Origin: the human T2T-CHM13v2.0 reference genome, Homo sapiens
DNA: 64,000 nucleotides
Strand: one strand, 5' to 3'
Assembly (NCBI RefSeq): GCF_009914755.1
Contig: NC_060926.1
The position numbers were made by a program, and so were the translations under genes. Positions within the stretch are counted from its first letter, which is position 1. Every line of letters begins with the position of its first letter. Below are positions 33,304-47,560 of the stretch, piece after piece. The notes below the pieces were generated by a model. That model was not told the origin of the DNA. It searched no databases and saw only the letters and a program-made list of their open reading frames with translations.

Positions 33304-36300
33304 CCTGGGACCTGAGCAGTAACATCCCACTGGAATATTACGAATAATATCACAGTGTGTACACCAACTGTGATATTAGGAGTCCTATTTATTTTTAGGA
33401 TATTAGGAGGAATATCACAGTAGGTGTACACAAATAGTGTGTACACCTTCTGTGATATTAAAAGTTATATCTCCCTAGGGTATTGTGAATAATACAGTGT
33501 GTACACCCGCTGTGATATTTGAAGTAATATCTCCCTAAGATACGACAAAAATTATCAAAGGCTGGACCCAGTCTGTGATATCAAAAGTAACATCTCTGTG
33601 GATATTCCAAACAATATCACAGGGTGTACACAGCCTGTGACATTAGGAGTAGCATCCCTATAAGATATTCCGAATAATATCACAGGGTGTACACCCCATG
33701 TGACATTAAGAGTAACATCTTAGGATATTACGAACAACATCACAGGGTGTATGCCCCCTCTGACTTTAGAAGTAATATCCCCCTAGAATATTATGAATAA
33801 TATCACGGGTGTACACCCCGTGTGACATTAGGAGTAACATCTCCCTAGGATATTACGAAAAATATCACTGGGTGTACAACCTCTGTCATATTAGGAGTAA
33901 CATCCTTCTAGGATATTATGAATAATATCACAAGGTGTACACACACTGTGATATTCGGAGAGATCAGTCAATGGGATACAAGGTATCATATCACAGAATG
34001 TACACGCATGGTGTGCACCCACTGTGATATTAGAAGCAATATCTCCCTATGATGGTATGAGAAATATCAAAGGGAGTACACTCTCTGTGATATTAGATGT
34101 CATGTTTACCATGGATATTACAAATAATATCACAGGGTGTACACACATGAGGTACACCCACTATGGTATTATTTGTACTGTCTTAGAGAGATATAACTCT
34201 CTAATATAACACAGAGAGCTATAACTCTGTAACATCTCTGAGATATTAAAAATAATATCACAGTGAGTGTACACCCACTGTGAGATTTACAGTAATATCT
34301 CCCTATACGACTACAAGTATTATCGAAGGGTGTCCACCCCCTGTGACGTTAGGAGTAACATCCTGGATATCAGTATTAATATGATAAGGCATACACACCC
34401 TGTGACGTTTTGTACACCCTTTGTGACATGAAAAGTCACACCCCCCTAGTATATTACGAATAATATCAAAGGCAGTTGATGCACACGGTGTACACATCCT
34501 GTTACATTAGGCTTAATCTTTTTCTGTGATTTATGAATAATATCACAGAAGGTGTACACACATGGTGTACACTCCAGGTGACATTAGGAGCAACATCCCC
34601 CCAATATATTAGAAATAATATTACCAGGGTTGCATACACATGGTGTACTCTCCCTGTGACAGTAGCAGCAACATTCAGCTGGAATATTACGAATAACATC
34701 AGAGGGGGTGTACACACATAACGTACGCAACTTGTAAAATTAGGAGTAGCATCTCCCTACGATGTTATGAATAATATCACAGAATGTGTACACACATGGT
34801 GCATACCCCATGTGATGTTAGGAGTTACATCCTTCTAGTATGTTAGGAATAATACCACAAAGGTGTTCACACATGGTTAACAGCATATGGGATATTAGGA
34901 TTAACATCCCTCGAGAATATTACAAATAACATCACAGGGGCTGTGCACACATGGTGCACATGCCCTGTGACATTAGGAGTACATTTCCCTGACACATTAC
35001 GAGTAATATCACAGAGTGTACACCTTCTGTGACATTTGGAGTAACGTCCCCTAGGATAGTATGAATAATATCACAGGGTGTACATCCCCTGTGACCTGAG
35101 GAGTAACATCTTTCTAGGATATCGTGAATAATATCACAAAACGCACAGCCCCTGTGACACGAGGAGTAACATCCACCTAGGATATTAGGAATAATATCAC
35201 AGGGAGTACACCCCATGTGACAGTAGGAGTAACCTCCCCCGAGGATATAACGAACAAATACAGAGGATGTACACGTGTTGTGACATTAGCAGTAACATCC
35301 ATTTAGGATATTATGAATATTATCAGAGCGTGAACACCCCCTGTGATATTAGGAGTAACATCCCCCTGTGATACTGGGAACCATATGATACGGTGTACAG
35401 CCCCTGTGACATTAGAGGTAACATTTTGTTAGGATATTATGAATAATATTCCAAGGTATAGAGCCCCTGGGATGTTAGCAGTAACATTTCCATAAAATAT
35501 TAGGAAGAATATCACTGTTTGCACACCACGGGTGACATTAGGAGTAACGGCCCCTAAAACTATTATGAATAACTTCACAGGGTGTACACCCTCTGTGACA
35601 TTAGGGGTAATATCTTTCTAAAATATTATGAATAATATCGCAAAAGGTACACCCTCTGTGACATTAGAAGTAACATCGCCCGAGGATATAAGAAATAATA
35701 TCAGATTGTGAACCTGCATTGTGACATCAGTGGTACCATCCTTTGAGGGTATTACGAATATTTTCAGAGTGTGAACACCTTCTGTGACATTAGGAGTAAC
35801 ATCACTCTACAATATTGGAATAATACCACACGATGTACACCGCCTGTGACATTAGTGGTAACATTTCTTTAGGATATTACTAATAATATGACAGGGTGTA
35901 CAGACCCTGTGATACTAGGAGTGACATATCCAAAACACTTTACAAATAATATCACTGTTTGTACACCACGTGTGACATTAGGAGTAACATCCCCCGAAAC
36001 TATTATGAATAACTTCACAGATTGTACACGCTCTGTGATATTAGGAGTTAACGTCTTCCTAGAATGTGAAGAATAACATCACAGGATGTACACCCCCGTG
36101 ACATGAGGAGTAACATCATTCTAGGATATGATGAATAATAGAACAAAGTGTACACAACATGTATGGTGAGAGTAACATCCCTCTGGGATACGAGGAATCA
36201 TAGCACAGAAAGCGCACCACATGTGACATTAGGAGTCACATCCCCTTAGGATATTACGAATAATATCACAAGGTGTACACACATTGTGACATTAGGAACA

Positions 36301-39300
36301 ATATCCAGCTAGTATATTGTGAATAATATCACAGCGTGTACACGTTTGCGATAGTAGGAGCAACATCTCCTAGAATATTACGAATAATATCACAGGGTGT
36401 ACACACCCTGCGACTTTAGGATAATCATCCCCCTGGATAACTACAAATAATTTCACAGGATGTTAAACCCCTGTGACAATAGGAATAATATACTTCTGGG
36501 ATATGATGAAAAATATCACAGTGTACACCCACTGTGATATTAAAAGTTATATCTCCCTCAGATATTGTGAATAATATCACAGGGTGTACACCATGTGTGC
36601 ACACCCACTGTGATTTTTAAAGTAATATCTCCTTAGGATATTATGAATAATATCAAGGGGTGTACACACCCTATAACATTAAGATAACATCCCTTTAGGA
36701 TATTCGAAATAATATCCCAGGGTGTACACCCCATGTGACATTACGAGTAACATCTTCCTAGGATATTACGAATAAGATCCCAGGGTTGACATCCCCTGTG
36801 ATTTTAAAAGTAAAATCCCCCCCAGAATATTCCTGATAATAACACAGGGTGTACACCCCTGTGACATTAGGGGTAATCCTCCCAGGATATTACGAATAAT
36901 ATCAGAAGGTGTACACACATGGTGACATTAGTAGTAATATCCTGCTAGTATACTGTGAATAATATCACAGGGTATACACACCTGTGACATTAGGAGTAAC
37001 ATCCACCCTGGAATATTCCAAATAATATCACAGGGCATACACCTCCTGTGACTTTAGGAGTATCATCCCGCTAAGATATTAGGAATAATATCACAGGGGG
37101 TTAGGCTGTGTAATATCACAGGGTGTACACGCCCTGTGACATTAGGAGTAACATCTTTCTAGAACATCACGAGTAATATCACAACGTGTGCACCCCCTGT
37201 GACATTAAAAGTAAAATCCCCCTAAGATATTCCGAATATTATCACAGGGAGTACACCCCGTGTGACATAGGAGTAATAACCCATGAGGATATAACGAATA
37301 ATATCAGAGGGTGTACACATATTGTGACATTAGTAGTAACATCTCGCTAGGATATTACAAATAATAGCACAAGGTGTACACCCCGGGTGACATTAATTTC
37401 TGTAACATTCCCCTAGAAGATGACCAATAACATGACAGGGTGTAGAACACCTGTGATTTATGAGTAACATTTCTATAGAATATTACAAGTAATAACATTC
37501 GGTGTGCACCCCGTGTGACATTAGGAGTAACATCCCACAAAACTGTGATGAATAATTTCAAAAGGTGTACACCGTCTGTGACATTAAAAGTAACATCACG
37601 CTAGGATATTACGAATAATATCACAGGGTGTACAGCCCCTGTGACATGAGGAGTAATGTCTTTTTAGGATATGACGAATAAGATAACAAGATGTACACAC
37701 CCTGTGACATTAGGTGTAACCTCTGTCTAGGAGACTATGAATACTATCGCAGCAAACACACCCCCTGTTATAATAGGAGTCACATCCCCATGCGATATTA
37801 TGAATAATATCACAAGGTGCACACACATTGTGACTTCAGGGCTAATATCCCTCTCATATACTGTGAATAATATCACAGGGTGTACACCCCTGTGATATTA
37901 CCTTACGGGTAACATCTCCCTAGAGTATTACGAATAATATCATGGGGGTACACACGCCTTTGGTTTAGGAGTAATATTCCCCTAGGATATGACAAATAAT
38001 ATCACAGTGTGTTCACTCACTGTGATATTAGGAGTCCCATTTTCCTAGGATATTATGAATAATATCACAGTAGGGGTTTCACATAATGTGTACACCCTGT
38101 GTGTACACCCAATGTGATATTTGAAGTCATATATTCCTAGGATCTTACGAATAACATCAAAGGGTGTACACCCCATGTGACATTAAAAGTAACGTCCCTT
38201 TTGGATATTCCAAATGCTATCACAGGGTGTGATATGAGGAGTGTGATATTAGGAGTAACCTCTTCCTAGGATAACCCATGTGATATTAGGAGTAACCTCT
38301 TCCTAGGATATTATGAATAACATCACAGGGTGTACACCCCTGTGACTTTAAAAGTAACACCCCCTAGAATATTACGAATAATATAACAGGGTGTACACCC
38401 CCTGTGACAGTAGGAGTAACATCTCCCTAGGATATTATGAATAATGTCACTGGGGGCATGCCCTCTCTCATATTAGCAGCAAGATCTTTCCAGGATATTA
38501 TGAATGATATCACAGGGTGTACACTCACTGTGATCTTAGAAGGAATATCTCCCTAGGACATAAGCTATCATATCACAGAGTGTACACACATGGTGTACAG
38601 CCACTGTGTTATTAGAAGCAATATCTCCCTATGATATTATGAAAAATACCACAGGGTGTACCCCCTGTGGGATACCAGAAGTAATGTTTACCATGGATAT
38701 TACAAATAATATCACAGGGTGCACAGAGATGGGGTACACCCACTGGGATATAAGGAGTTATAGCTCTCTAAGATATTACCAATAATATCCCAGGGGGTGT
38801 ACCCCATGTGTGTACACCCACTGTGATATTTAAAGTAATATCTCTCTATAAGATTGCAAGTAATATCGAAGGGTATACACCCCCTGTGACATTAGGAGTA
38901 ACATAACCCTACAATATTGGGAACAATATGACATAGTGTACACCCCTGTAATCTTAGGACTAACATCCCCCCAGAATATTACTAATAATGTCACAAGGTG
39001 TACACGCATTGTGACATTAGTGGTAGTATCCTGCTAGCATACTTTCAATAATATCACAGAAGGAACACACCTGTGACATTAAGAGTCACATCCTCCTGGA
39101 ATAGGAAGAATAATATCACAGGGTGTACACTCCCTGTGACATTAGGAGTATCATCTCGCTAGAATATTATGAATAATGTCAGAGGAAGTTATCTTTTGTG
39201 ACATTAGGAGTATAGACCCCTGGGAAATTATGAATACTATCACAGGGTGTACACCCCTGTGACATTAGGAGTAACATCTTTCTAAACTATCATGAATAAT

Positions 39301-40325
39301 ATCACAACGTGTACAGGCCCTGTGTCAAGAAAAGTAAAATTGCCCCAGGATATTACGAAATATAACACAGGGAGTACACCCCGTGTGACATTAGAAGTAA
39401 CATCCCCCGAGGATATGACGAAGAATATCAGAGAATGTACCTGCATTGGGACATCAGTAGTAACATCTCTTTAGGATAATATGAATAATATCAAAGGGTG
39501 TACACACATTGTGAAATTAGTAGTGAACTCCCGCTAGGATATTACGAATTTTCTGAAAGGGTCTACAGGCCTGGTGACATTAGTAGTAACGTTTTCCTAG
39601 AATATTACGAAGAATATTAAAGAGTGTACAGGAACTGTGATTTACGACTAACATTTCTATACAACATTACACGTAACACCACTGTGGGTACACCCCCGGT
39701 GACATAAGGAGTAACATCCCACAAAACCATACCAAATAAGTTCATAAGGTGTACACCCTCTGTGACATTAAAAGTCACATTTCCCTAGAATATGACGATA
39801 ATATCGCAGAGTGTACACACTCTGTGATATGAGTAGTGACATCTTTAGGATAATATGAGTAATTTGACAAGGTGTACAACCCTGTGACATAAGGAGTGAC
39901 ATCCCACTAGGAGGTTACCAATAATATCAAAGGGAACATACCCCAAGTGACCATAAAAGTAACCTCCACGTAGGAGATTAAGAAGAATACCACAAGCTGT
40001 ACACACATTGGGACATTATTATTAACGTCCCGAAAGGATTTAGCGAATAATATCAGAGTGTGTAGAGTGCGGTGACATCAGGAGTAACGTTCCCCTACAA
40101 TATTACGAATAATACAGCAGGGTGTAAATCTCGTGTGACTTTAGCAGTGCTATGTTGCTGGAATATGGAAAATAATGTCCCAGGGTGTTAACCAAGGGTG
40201 GCAGGATAGAAAACATCCTAGGAATCACTGAATAATATCTTCTAATGTCACACGGGGTGTATTCCCTGTGTTATATTTCGTAATATCCCAGGGAAAATTT
40301 ACTTTTAATGACACAGTCGGTGTAC
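33304..40325 (+). repeat. Satellite array, ~60-63 bp palindromic unit (SATR1/SATR2 family)
   Basis: About 7 kb of diverged GATATTACGAATAATATCACAGGGTGTACACCCCTGTGACATTAGGAGTAACATCCCCCTAG. Confidence 0.92.
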
Positions 40326-41070
40326 ATATGTGGGTAGTAATATCACACCCCTCTTGCCCCCCTGGCTCTTAGGACCCCCATCGCAGGGGGGTGAGGCACG
40401 ACCCGCGGTGGTCTCACAGCTTGTTGACCGTATTGTGAGTAATATCATCTCCCCCTCTGGATATTATGAACTGTTTCACAGACGGGTGTGCACCCTCAGT
40501 GTACAGAGGGTGTTCACCCGTCTCTATTGGGTGTAATATCATCCTCTTCCTCCCTGAATATTAAGAACAGTACCACGGGGGTGTTTCTACTCCCTGTGGT
40601 ATCGCGTGCCATATCCTTCTCTCCCACGTTCCCATTAGAAACAATATCAGTGTGGGAGTGTCCACCTTCTGTCCTGTTGAACGTAATATCATCCTCTTCC
40701 CTCCAGGATCATGGAAACTAAATCCCTGGGGGGTGTGGACTTTCTGCCATATATGTCGTCATATCACCCCCTCCGCCTTGGAATATTATTAAGGACCATC
40801 TCACACGGGGGTGTACACTTCCTGCAATACTGGGAGTAATATCATGCTCTTCTTCCGTGAATATTAGGAGCAAAATCACCGGGTGGATGCCCACCCAGTG
40901 CTATATTGGGAGTAATATCATACTCCAGCCCCTGGAGATTATATTCGGATCAATATCACCGGCTGGGTTTACAACTACTGCGATATTGGACGTAATATCA
41001 TGCTCTCTCCCTCCCTGGACATTAGGAGCAATATCACAGGTGGGTGTACACCCACTGAGGTATTAGACGT
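40326..41070 (+). repeat. Satellite array, ~75 bp unit variant (SATR family)
   Basis: Units of type aatatcacaggggggtgtacaccccctgcgatattgggagtaatatcatcctctccc. Confidence 0.85.
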
Positions 41071-41400
41071 AATAGTAGGATGAATTATTCCTCATTTATT
41101 TTTAACATGAATATGAATGACCGATATTAATATTAATATTAAGAAATAATTGCTAATAAAGTTTTCAGATTAATATTAATATTAATTATTAGGAGCTAAT
41201 ATTACTGTTTTCTAATGAATAAGATCAATATCAGTTATTAATATCAGGCAACATTAATCATTAATATTAATCATGTATTGTTATCGTTAGTATAACTATT
41301 TAATATTATCATTATCATCGGTATTGATTTTAAAAATTATATTATCAGTTATTAATATTGATAATTATTAGTGTCAATTAATAATTGAGATTATTAATTT
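41071..41400. repeat. AT-rich low-complexity tract
   Basis: Overwhelmingly A/T, with many short palindromes (attaatattaat). Confidence 0.9.
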
Positions 41401-41409
41401 CGGTAAGTC

Positions 41410-44400
41410 GCATTGCGCCGTTCCACCCCTCCCCCGGCAGCTCCTTTACGGCCCAAAACGGGGATACAAATGTCCCCGAGAGAACAGCGGTATACTGGGA
41501 TAGATGAGGATGGTCACGTGGTGGAGAGGCGTGTTTTTGGCTACCAGCCCTTCACCTCCGTCGACCTTCTCAACTGGAAAAGCAATACACCGCCCTATAC
41601 CGAAAAGCCACAAGCCCTAATTGATTTGCTCCAAACTGTTATCCAGACCCACAACCACACCTGGGCTGATTGGCACCAGTTGCTCATGTTCCTCTTTAAC
41701 AGCGAAGAAAGGCGGAGAGTCCTCCAAGCAGCAACTAAGTGGCTGGAGGAACATGCACCAGCTGATTACCAAAACCCCCAAGAGTATGTAAGGACCCAGT
41801 TACCAGGAACTGACTCCCCCAGTTGGACCCACATGAAAGAGAGGATATGCAAAGGCTAAACCGAGACAGGGAAGCTCTCTTGGAAGGATTAACGAGGGGA
41901 GCTCAGAAGGCCACAAACGTTAACAAGGTCTCTGAGGTCATTCAGGGCAAAGAAGAAAGTCCAGCACAATTCTACGGAGACTGTGTGAGGCCTATCGTAT
42001 GTATACTCCCTTTGATCCCGATAGCCCTGAAATCAGCGCATGATTAACATGGCTTTAGTCCATCAAAGCGCAGAAGACATGCGAAGAAAACTGCAGAAAC
42101 AGGCTGGGCTTGCAGGGATGAATACATCACAATTACCAGAAATAGCTAGCCAGGTGTTTGTAAACAGGGATGCAGTAAGCCGTAAGGAAAATGGCAAAGA
42201 GAATGGAGGTCAGGCCCGGCGAAACACCGACCTGTTTGTTAGCTGCAGCAATCACAGGGGGGTCCCCCCAGAGAGGCAAGGGAAGGGGGGCCCTGGGAAA
42301 GAAACTCAGCTTGGCTGTCAGAGTTTGCAGCGTAACCAGTGGGCTTCTTGTAAAGAAACAGGACAGTGGAAGAACAAATGCCCTCAGCTCAAAAGAAAAC
42401 AAGGTGACTCAGAGCAGGAGGCCCCGGACAGGGAGGAAGGGGCCCTGCTCAACCTGGCAGAAGGGTTATTGGACTGAGGGAGACCGGGCTCAAGCGTCCC
42501 CAAAGAGCCTCTGGTCAGAATGACAGTCGGGGGTAGAGACATTGATTTTCTTGTAGGTAGCGGTGCTGAACATTCGCTAGTAACCGCCCTGGTCGGCCCC
42601 TTATCCAAAAAGACTATTGACGTCATCGGAGCCACGGGGGTTTCAGCAAAGCAAGCTTTCTGCTTGTCTCGGACTTGTACTGTAGGAGGACGTAAAGTCA
42701 TTCATCAGTTTTGGTACATGCCTGACTGTCCCTTGCCCTTTTTGGGAAGGGACTTGCTCAGCAAGCTGAGAGCCACTATCTCTTTGACAGAGCACGGCTC
42801 TTTGCTGCTAAAGGTACCCGGAACGGGAGTCATTATGACCCTTACGGTCCCCCGAGAGGAGGAATGGAGACTTTTCTTAACTGAGCCGGGTCAAGAGAGA
42901 AGACCAGCTCTGGCTTAGCGGTGGTCAAGAGTACGGGTGGAAGACATCCCTCTGGGATTGGCCAGTTAATACTGGGGCCCAGCCGGTTAGGCAAAAACAG
43001 GACCCGGTCCCCAGAGAAGCTCTTCAAGGTATCCAGGTCCGTCTCGAGCACCTAAGAACTTTTGGAATTATTGTTCCTTGTCAGTCTCCATGGAACACTC
43101 CCCTCCTGCCTGTTCCCAAGCCACGGACCAAGGACTACCGGCCGGTACAGGATTTGCGCTTGCTTAATCAAGCTACACTGACTTTACATCCAACAGTACC
43201 TAACCCATCCACATTGTTGGGGTTGCTGCCAGCTGAGGACAGCTGGTTCACCTGCTTGGACCTGAAAGATGCTTTCTTTCCTATCAGATTAGCCCCTGAG
43301 AGGCAGAAGCTATTTGCCTTTCAGTGGGAAGATCCGGAGTCAGGTGTCAGTACACTGAGTAGTGTACACTTGGACCGGGCTTCCCCAAGGGTTCAAGAAC
43401 TCCCCCACCATCTTCGGGGAGGCGTTGGCTCAAGACCTCCAGAAGTTTCCCACCAGAGACCTAGGCTGCATGTTGCTCCAGTAGGTTGATGACCTTCTGC
43501 TGGGACACCCCACGGCAGTCGGGTGCACCAAGGGAACAGATGCCCTACACCGGCACCTGGAGGACTGTGGGTATAAGGTGTCCAAGAAGAAAGCTCAGAT
43601 CTGCCGACAGCAGGTACCTTACTTGGGATTTACTATCCGACAGGGGTCGGAACGGAGGCCGGGATAAGAAAGAAAGCAGGTCATTTGCAATCTACCCGAG
43701 CCTAAAGGCAGAAGGCAGGTGAGAGAATTCTTAGGAGCTGTGGGGTTTTGCAGACTGTGGATCCCAAACTTTGCAGTATTAGCCAAGCCTTTGTAGGAGG
43801 TCACAAAGGGGGCAGGGACCGGGAACCTTTGGAATGGGGATCCCAACAACAGCAAGTCTTTCATGAGTTAAAGGAACAACTTCTGGCAGCCCCAGCCCTG
43901 GGGCTACCCGATCTGACAAAGCCTTTTCCATTGTATGCTTGAGAGAGAGAAAAGATGGCAGCTGGACTTTTAACCCAAAGTGTGGGGCCCTGGCTGAGGC
44001 TGGTGGCCTACCTCTCTAAACAAGTAGACGGGGTTTCTAAAGGATGGCCCCCCTGTTTGAGGGCCTTGGCAGCAACTGCCCTGCTAGTCCAAGAAGCAAA
44101 TAAGCTGACTCTTAGGCAAAACCTGAACATAAAGGCCCCCCATGCTGTGGTGACTTCAATGAATACTAAAGGACATCATTGACTAATGAATGCCAGACTC
44201 ACCAAGTGCCAAACTTTGCTCTGTGAAAATCCCTGTATAACCATTGAAGTTTGTAACACTCTACACCCTGCCACCTTGCTCCTGGTATCAGAGAGCCCTG
44301 TCGAGCCTGATTGTGTAGAAGTGTTGGACTCAGTTGACTCTAGCAGACCTGACCTCCGGGACCAGCCTTGGGCATCAGTAGACTGGGAACTATACGTGGA

Positions 44401-45505
44401 TGGGAACAGCTTCTTCAACCCCCAAGGAGAGAGAGGTGCAGGGTGTGCAGTGGTAACCCTGGACACTGTTGTTGAAGCCAGATCGTTGCCCCAGGCCACT
44501 GCAGCCCAGAAAGCTGAACTCATTGCTTTCATTGGGGCCTTAGAACTCAGTGAAGGTGAGACTGTCAACATTTACACTGATTCTCGGTATGTCTTTTTAA
44601 TCCTTCAAGTGCATGGAGCGTGATAGAAAGAAAAGGGCCTATTGAACTCTGGGGGAAAAGACAGAAAATATCAACGAGAAATCTTGCAATTATGAGAAGC
44701 AGTATGGAAACCCCACAAGGTGGCAGTTATGCATTGCAGAGGACACCAGCGAGCTTCCACCTTGCTGGGTTTGGGGAATTCCCACGCTGACTCAGAGGCT
44801 CGAAAAGCAGCATCTGCCCTCTTCCGGGCATCAGTGCTCCCTCAAACACCTGATCTTGGACCTACCTACTTCTTCTAAAGAAGAAAAGGACTGTCTCCAG
44901 GTAGAGGGAAGGACAAGTGATGGAGGAAGGATGGATTCGGTTACCAGATGGGAGAGTAGCTGTGCCACAGTTGCTAGGAGCTGCAGTTGTACTGGCTGTG
45001 CAAGAAACCACCCATGTAGGTCAGGAGTCACTGGAAAAGTTGTTAGGCCGGTATTTCTACACCTCGCATTTGTCAGCCCTTGCCAAAACGGTGAGGCAGC
45101 GGTGTGTTACCTGCCGACAGCATAATGTGAGGCAAGGTCCAGCCGTTCCGCCCAGCATACAAGCTTATGGAGCAGCCCCCTTTGGAGATCTCCAGGTAGA
45201 CTTCAGAGAGATGCCAAAGTGTGGAGGTAACAAGTATTCACTAGTTCTTGGGTGTACCTACTCTGGGTGGGTGGAGGCCTATCCAACACGAACTGAGAAA
45301 GCTGGCCAAGAAACCCCTGTGCTTCTTCCAGATCTGATTCCTAGATTTCGACTGCCCTTACGGATCGGCTCACATAACGGGCCTGCGTTTTTGGCTGCCA
45401 TGGTACAGAAGACGGCAAAGGTATTGGGGATCACACGGAAACTGCATGCCGCCTCCCAGCCTCAGAGTTCCGGAAAGGTGGAGTGGATGAATCGGACTAT
45501 CAAAA
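41410..45505 (+). mobile_element. Class I (gamma-like, HERV-E-like) ERV internal fragment: gag(CA-NC)-pro-pol(RT-RNaseH-IN), defective, no LTR or env
   Basis: Gag YQPFTSVDLLNWK and VIQGKEESPAQF; gag TGA at 42475-42477 in frame with pro (FLVGSGAEHS, LGRDLL); RT LDLKDAFF and LPQGFKNSP; RNaseH YVDG/AQKAEL/NIYTDSRY; IN LQVDF...SSGKVEWMNRTIK; many stops and frameshifts. Confidence 0.9.
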
Positions 45506-47560
45506 ATAGTGCTATACTATTGTCTTCCCCGCTGGATATTTAAAACAGCACCACAAGGGGCGTCAAACCACCTGCTAAATTTGAGGGAATGTTATCCTCT
45601 CCCCACCTCCCCCGGCCCCGGATATTAGAGACAATAACACAGGGGTAATGTACACCCACTGCTTTATTGGGAGTAATATCATCCTCTCCCTTCTTGGATA
45701 TTAGGAACAATATCACACTGTGCATGTACGCCTGTCGTGAAATTCAATGGAATGTCATCCTTTGCCTCCCTGGATATGATGAACAATATCACGGGGGATG
45801 TACAACTTGTGAGATATTGGGAGTGATATCATCCTCTCCCGTCTGGAAGTTAGGGACAGTATCACAGGGGTGGTGTACACCCTCTGGGATGTTGGGACTA
45901 ATATCATCCTCCCGCCCACTGGATATTAAAAACCATATCACAAGGGGCTTGTACACACACTTCGATATTGGTATTAATACCATCCTCTCCCTCTTTGGAT
46001 ATTCGGTGCCATATTTCAGGTGGGGTATACACCACCTGCAATATTGGAAGTAATAAGATTTTCTCCCCCCCGGATATCAGAGACAATATCACAGGGGGGT
46101 GTCAACAACCCCTGCGATATTTGGAGTAATATCATCGTCTCCCCTCATGAAGATTAAGAACAATATCGTAGGGGTGGGGGGTGTACACCCCCTTTCATAT
46201 TTTATATCATCCTCTTCCCCCCTGGATATTAGGAACAATATCAGGAAGGGATGTGCAGACCCTGCGACCTTTGCTGTCATATAATTGTCTCTCCCCTAGA
46301 TATTAGGAAAAATGTCACTGGAGATGTGAACAGCCCGGCAATATTGGGAGTAGTATCATCCTCTCTCCCCTTGCATATTGGGAACAACATCACAGGTGGG
46401 GTGTAGTGCCTCTGCGATATTGGGAGTAAAATTTTCCTCTCTTCCCCTGGACATTAGGAAGGGTATCAGAGGGGGACGGTGTACATTCCCTGCCATATTC
46501 AATGTAACCTTACCCTCTCCCTCCCAGGGTATTCAGAACAATAGGAAAGGAGGGGTGTACACCTCCTGCGATATTGAGAGTCATATCATCCTCTTTCGCT
46601 CTGGATATTAGGAACAATATCACAGGGTAGTGTACACCCCCTGCGATATTGGGAGTAATATCATCCTCTCTCCCTGTGGATGTTAGGAAGAGTATCACAG
46701 GGCTGTGTAAACCCCCTGTGGTACTGGGAGTAATATCATCCTCTCTCCCTCTGGATGTTAGGAAGATTTTCACAGGGGTGTGTACACCCCTGCGATATTG
46801 GGAGTAATATCATCCTCTCCACCCAGGAAATGACTAACAAGGTCACGGGGGAGTGTACTCCCCCTGCAATACTGGCAGTAATCTCGTCCTCCCCAAACCT
46901 GGATGTGAGCGACAAGATCACAGAGGGGGTGTACACACCCTGCGACATTGGAAGTAATATGATCCTCTCCCCACCTGGATATTGGGAAAGATATCACAGC
47001 GCGGGTATACATTTCCTAGGCTGTTGGGAGTAACATCATTCTTTTCCTTTCTGGATATGAGGAAGAATATCACAGGGGTGCTGTACAATTACTTCGATAT
47101 TGGGAGTAATATCAGCCTCTATTTTCCTGGATATTGGGCACAAAAACACAAAAGGGTGTACAACCCCTGCGATATTGGGAGTAATAGCATACTCTCCTTC
47201 CCTGGATGTTAGAAAACAATATCATCGGGGCTGAACACCCCCCGCGATAATGGGAGTCATATTTACTCTTTCACAGGCCATTTGGAACAATATCACAGGG
47301 GGTGTTTACGAACAGGGGTGGTGTACACCCCCTGTGATATTGGGAGTAACATCATTCTCTCCACCTCCGGATATTAAGAACAATATCCCGGCGGGAGGTG
47401 GTACACCCCCAGTGATATTGGGAATAATGTCATCCTCTCCTTCCCTGGATATTAGGAACAATATCACAGCGGGGTGTACACCTTCTGTGGTATTGGAAGC
47501 AATATCATCCTCTTCCCCGCTGGATATTAGAAAAAATATCACTCATGGTGTACACCCACT
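45506..47560 (+). repeat. Satellite array, ~75 bp unit (SATR family)
   Basis: e.g. ggat(a/g)ttagg at 46603 and 46678 (period 75). Confidence 0.9.

Noticed and set aside
33304-40325. CRISPR-like array (regularly spaced palindromic repeats)
   Set aside because: The inter-palindrome segments are themselves repeated rather than unique spacers, the repeats are degenerate, there are no cas genes, and the context is primate (Alu/L1). It is satellite DNA.
41413-45543. Functional retrovirus, domesticated gag/integrase gene, or novel RT-plus-repeat-array system
   Set aside because: RT has a stop in YVDD and frameshifts, protease and integrase catalytic residues are substituted, and there are no LTRs. 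Nothing in the sequence ties this RT mechanistically to the satellite.
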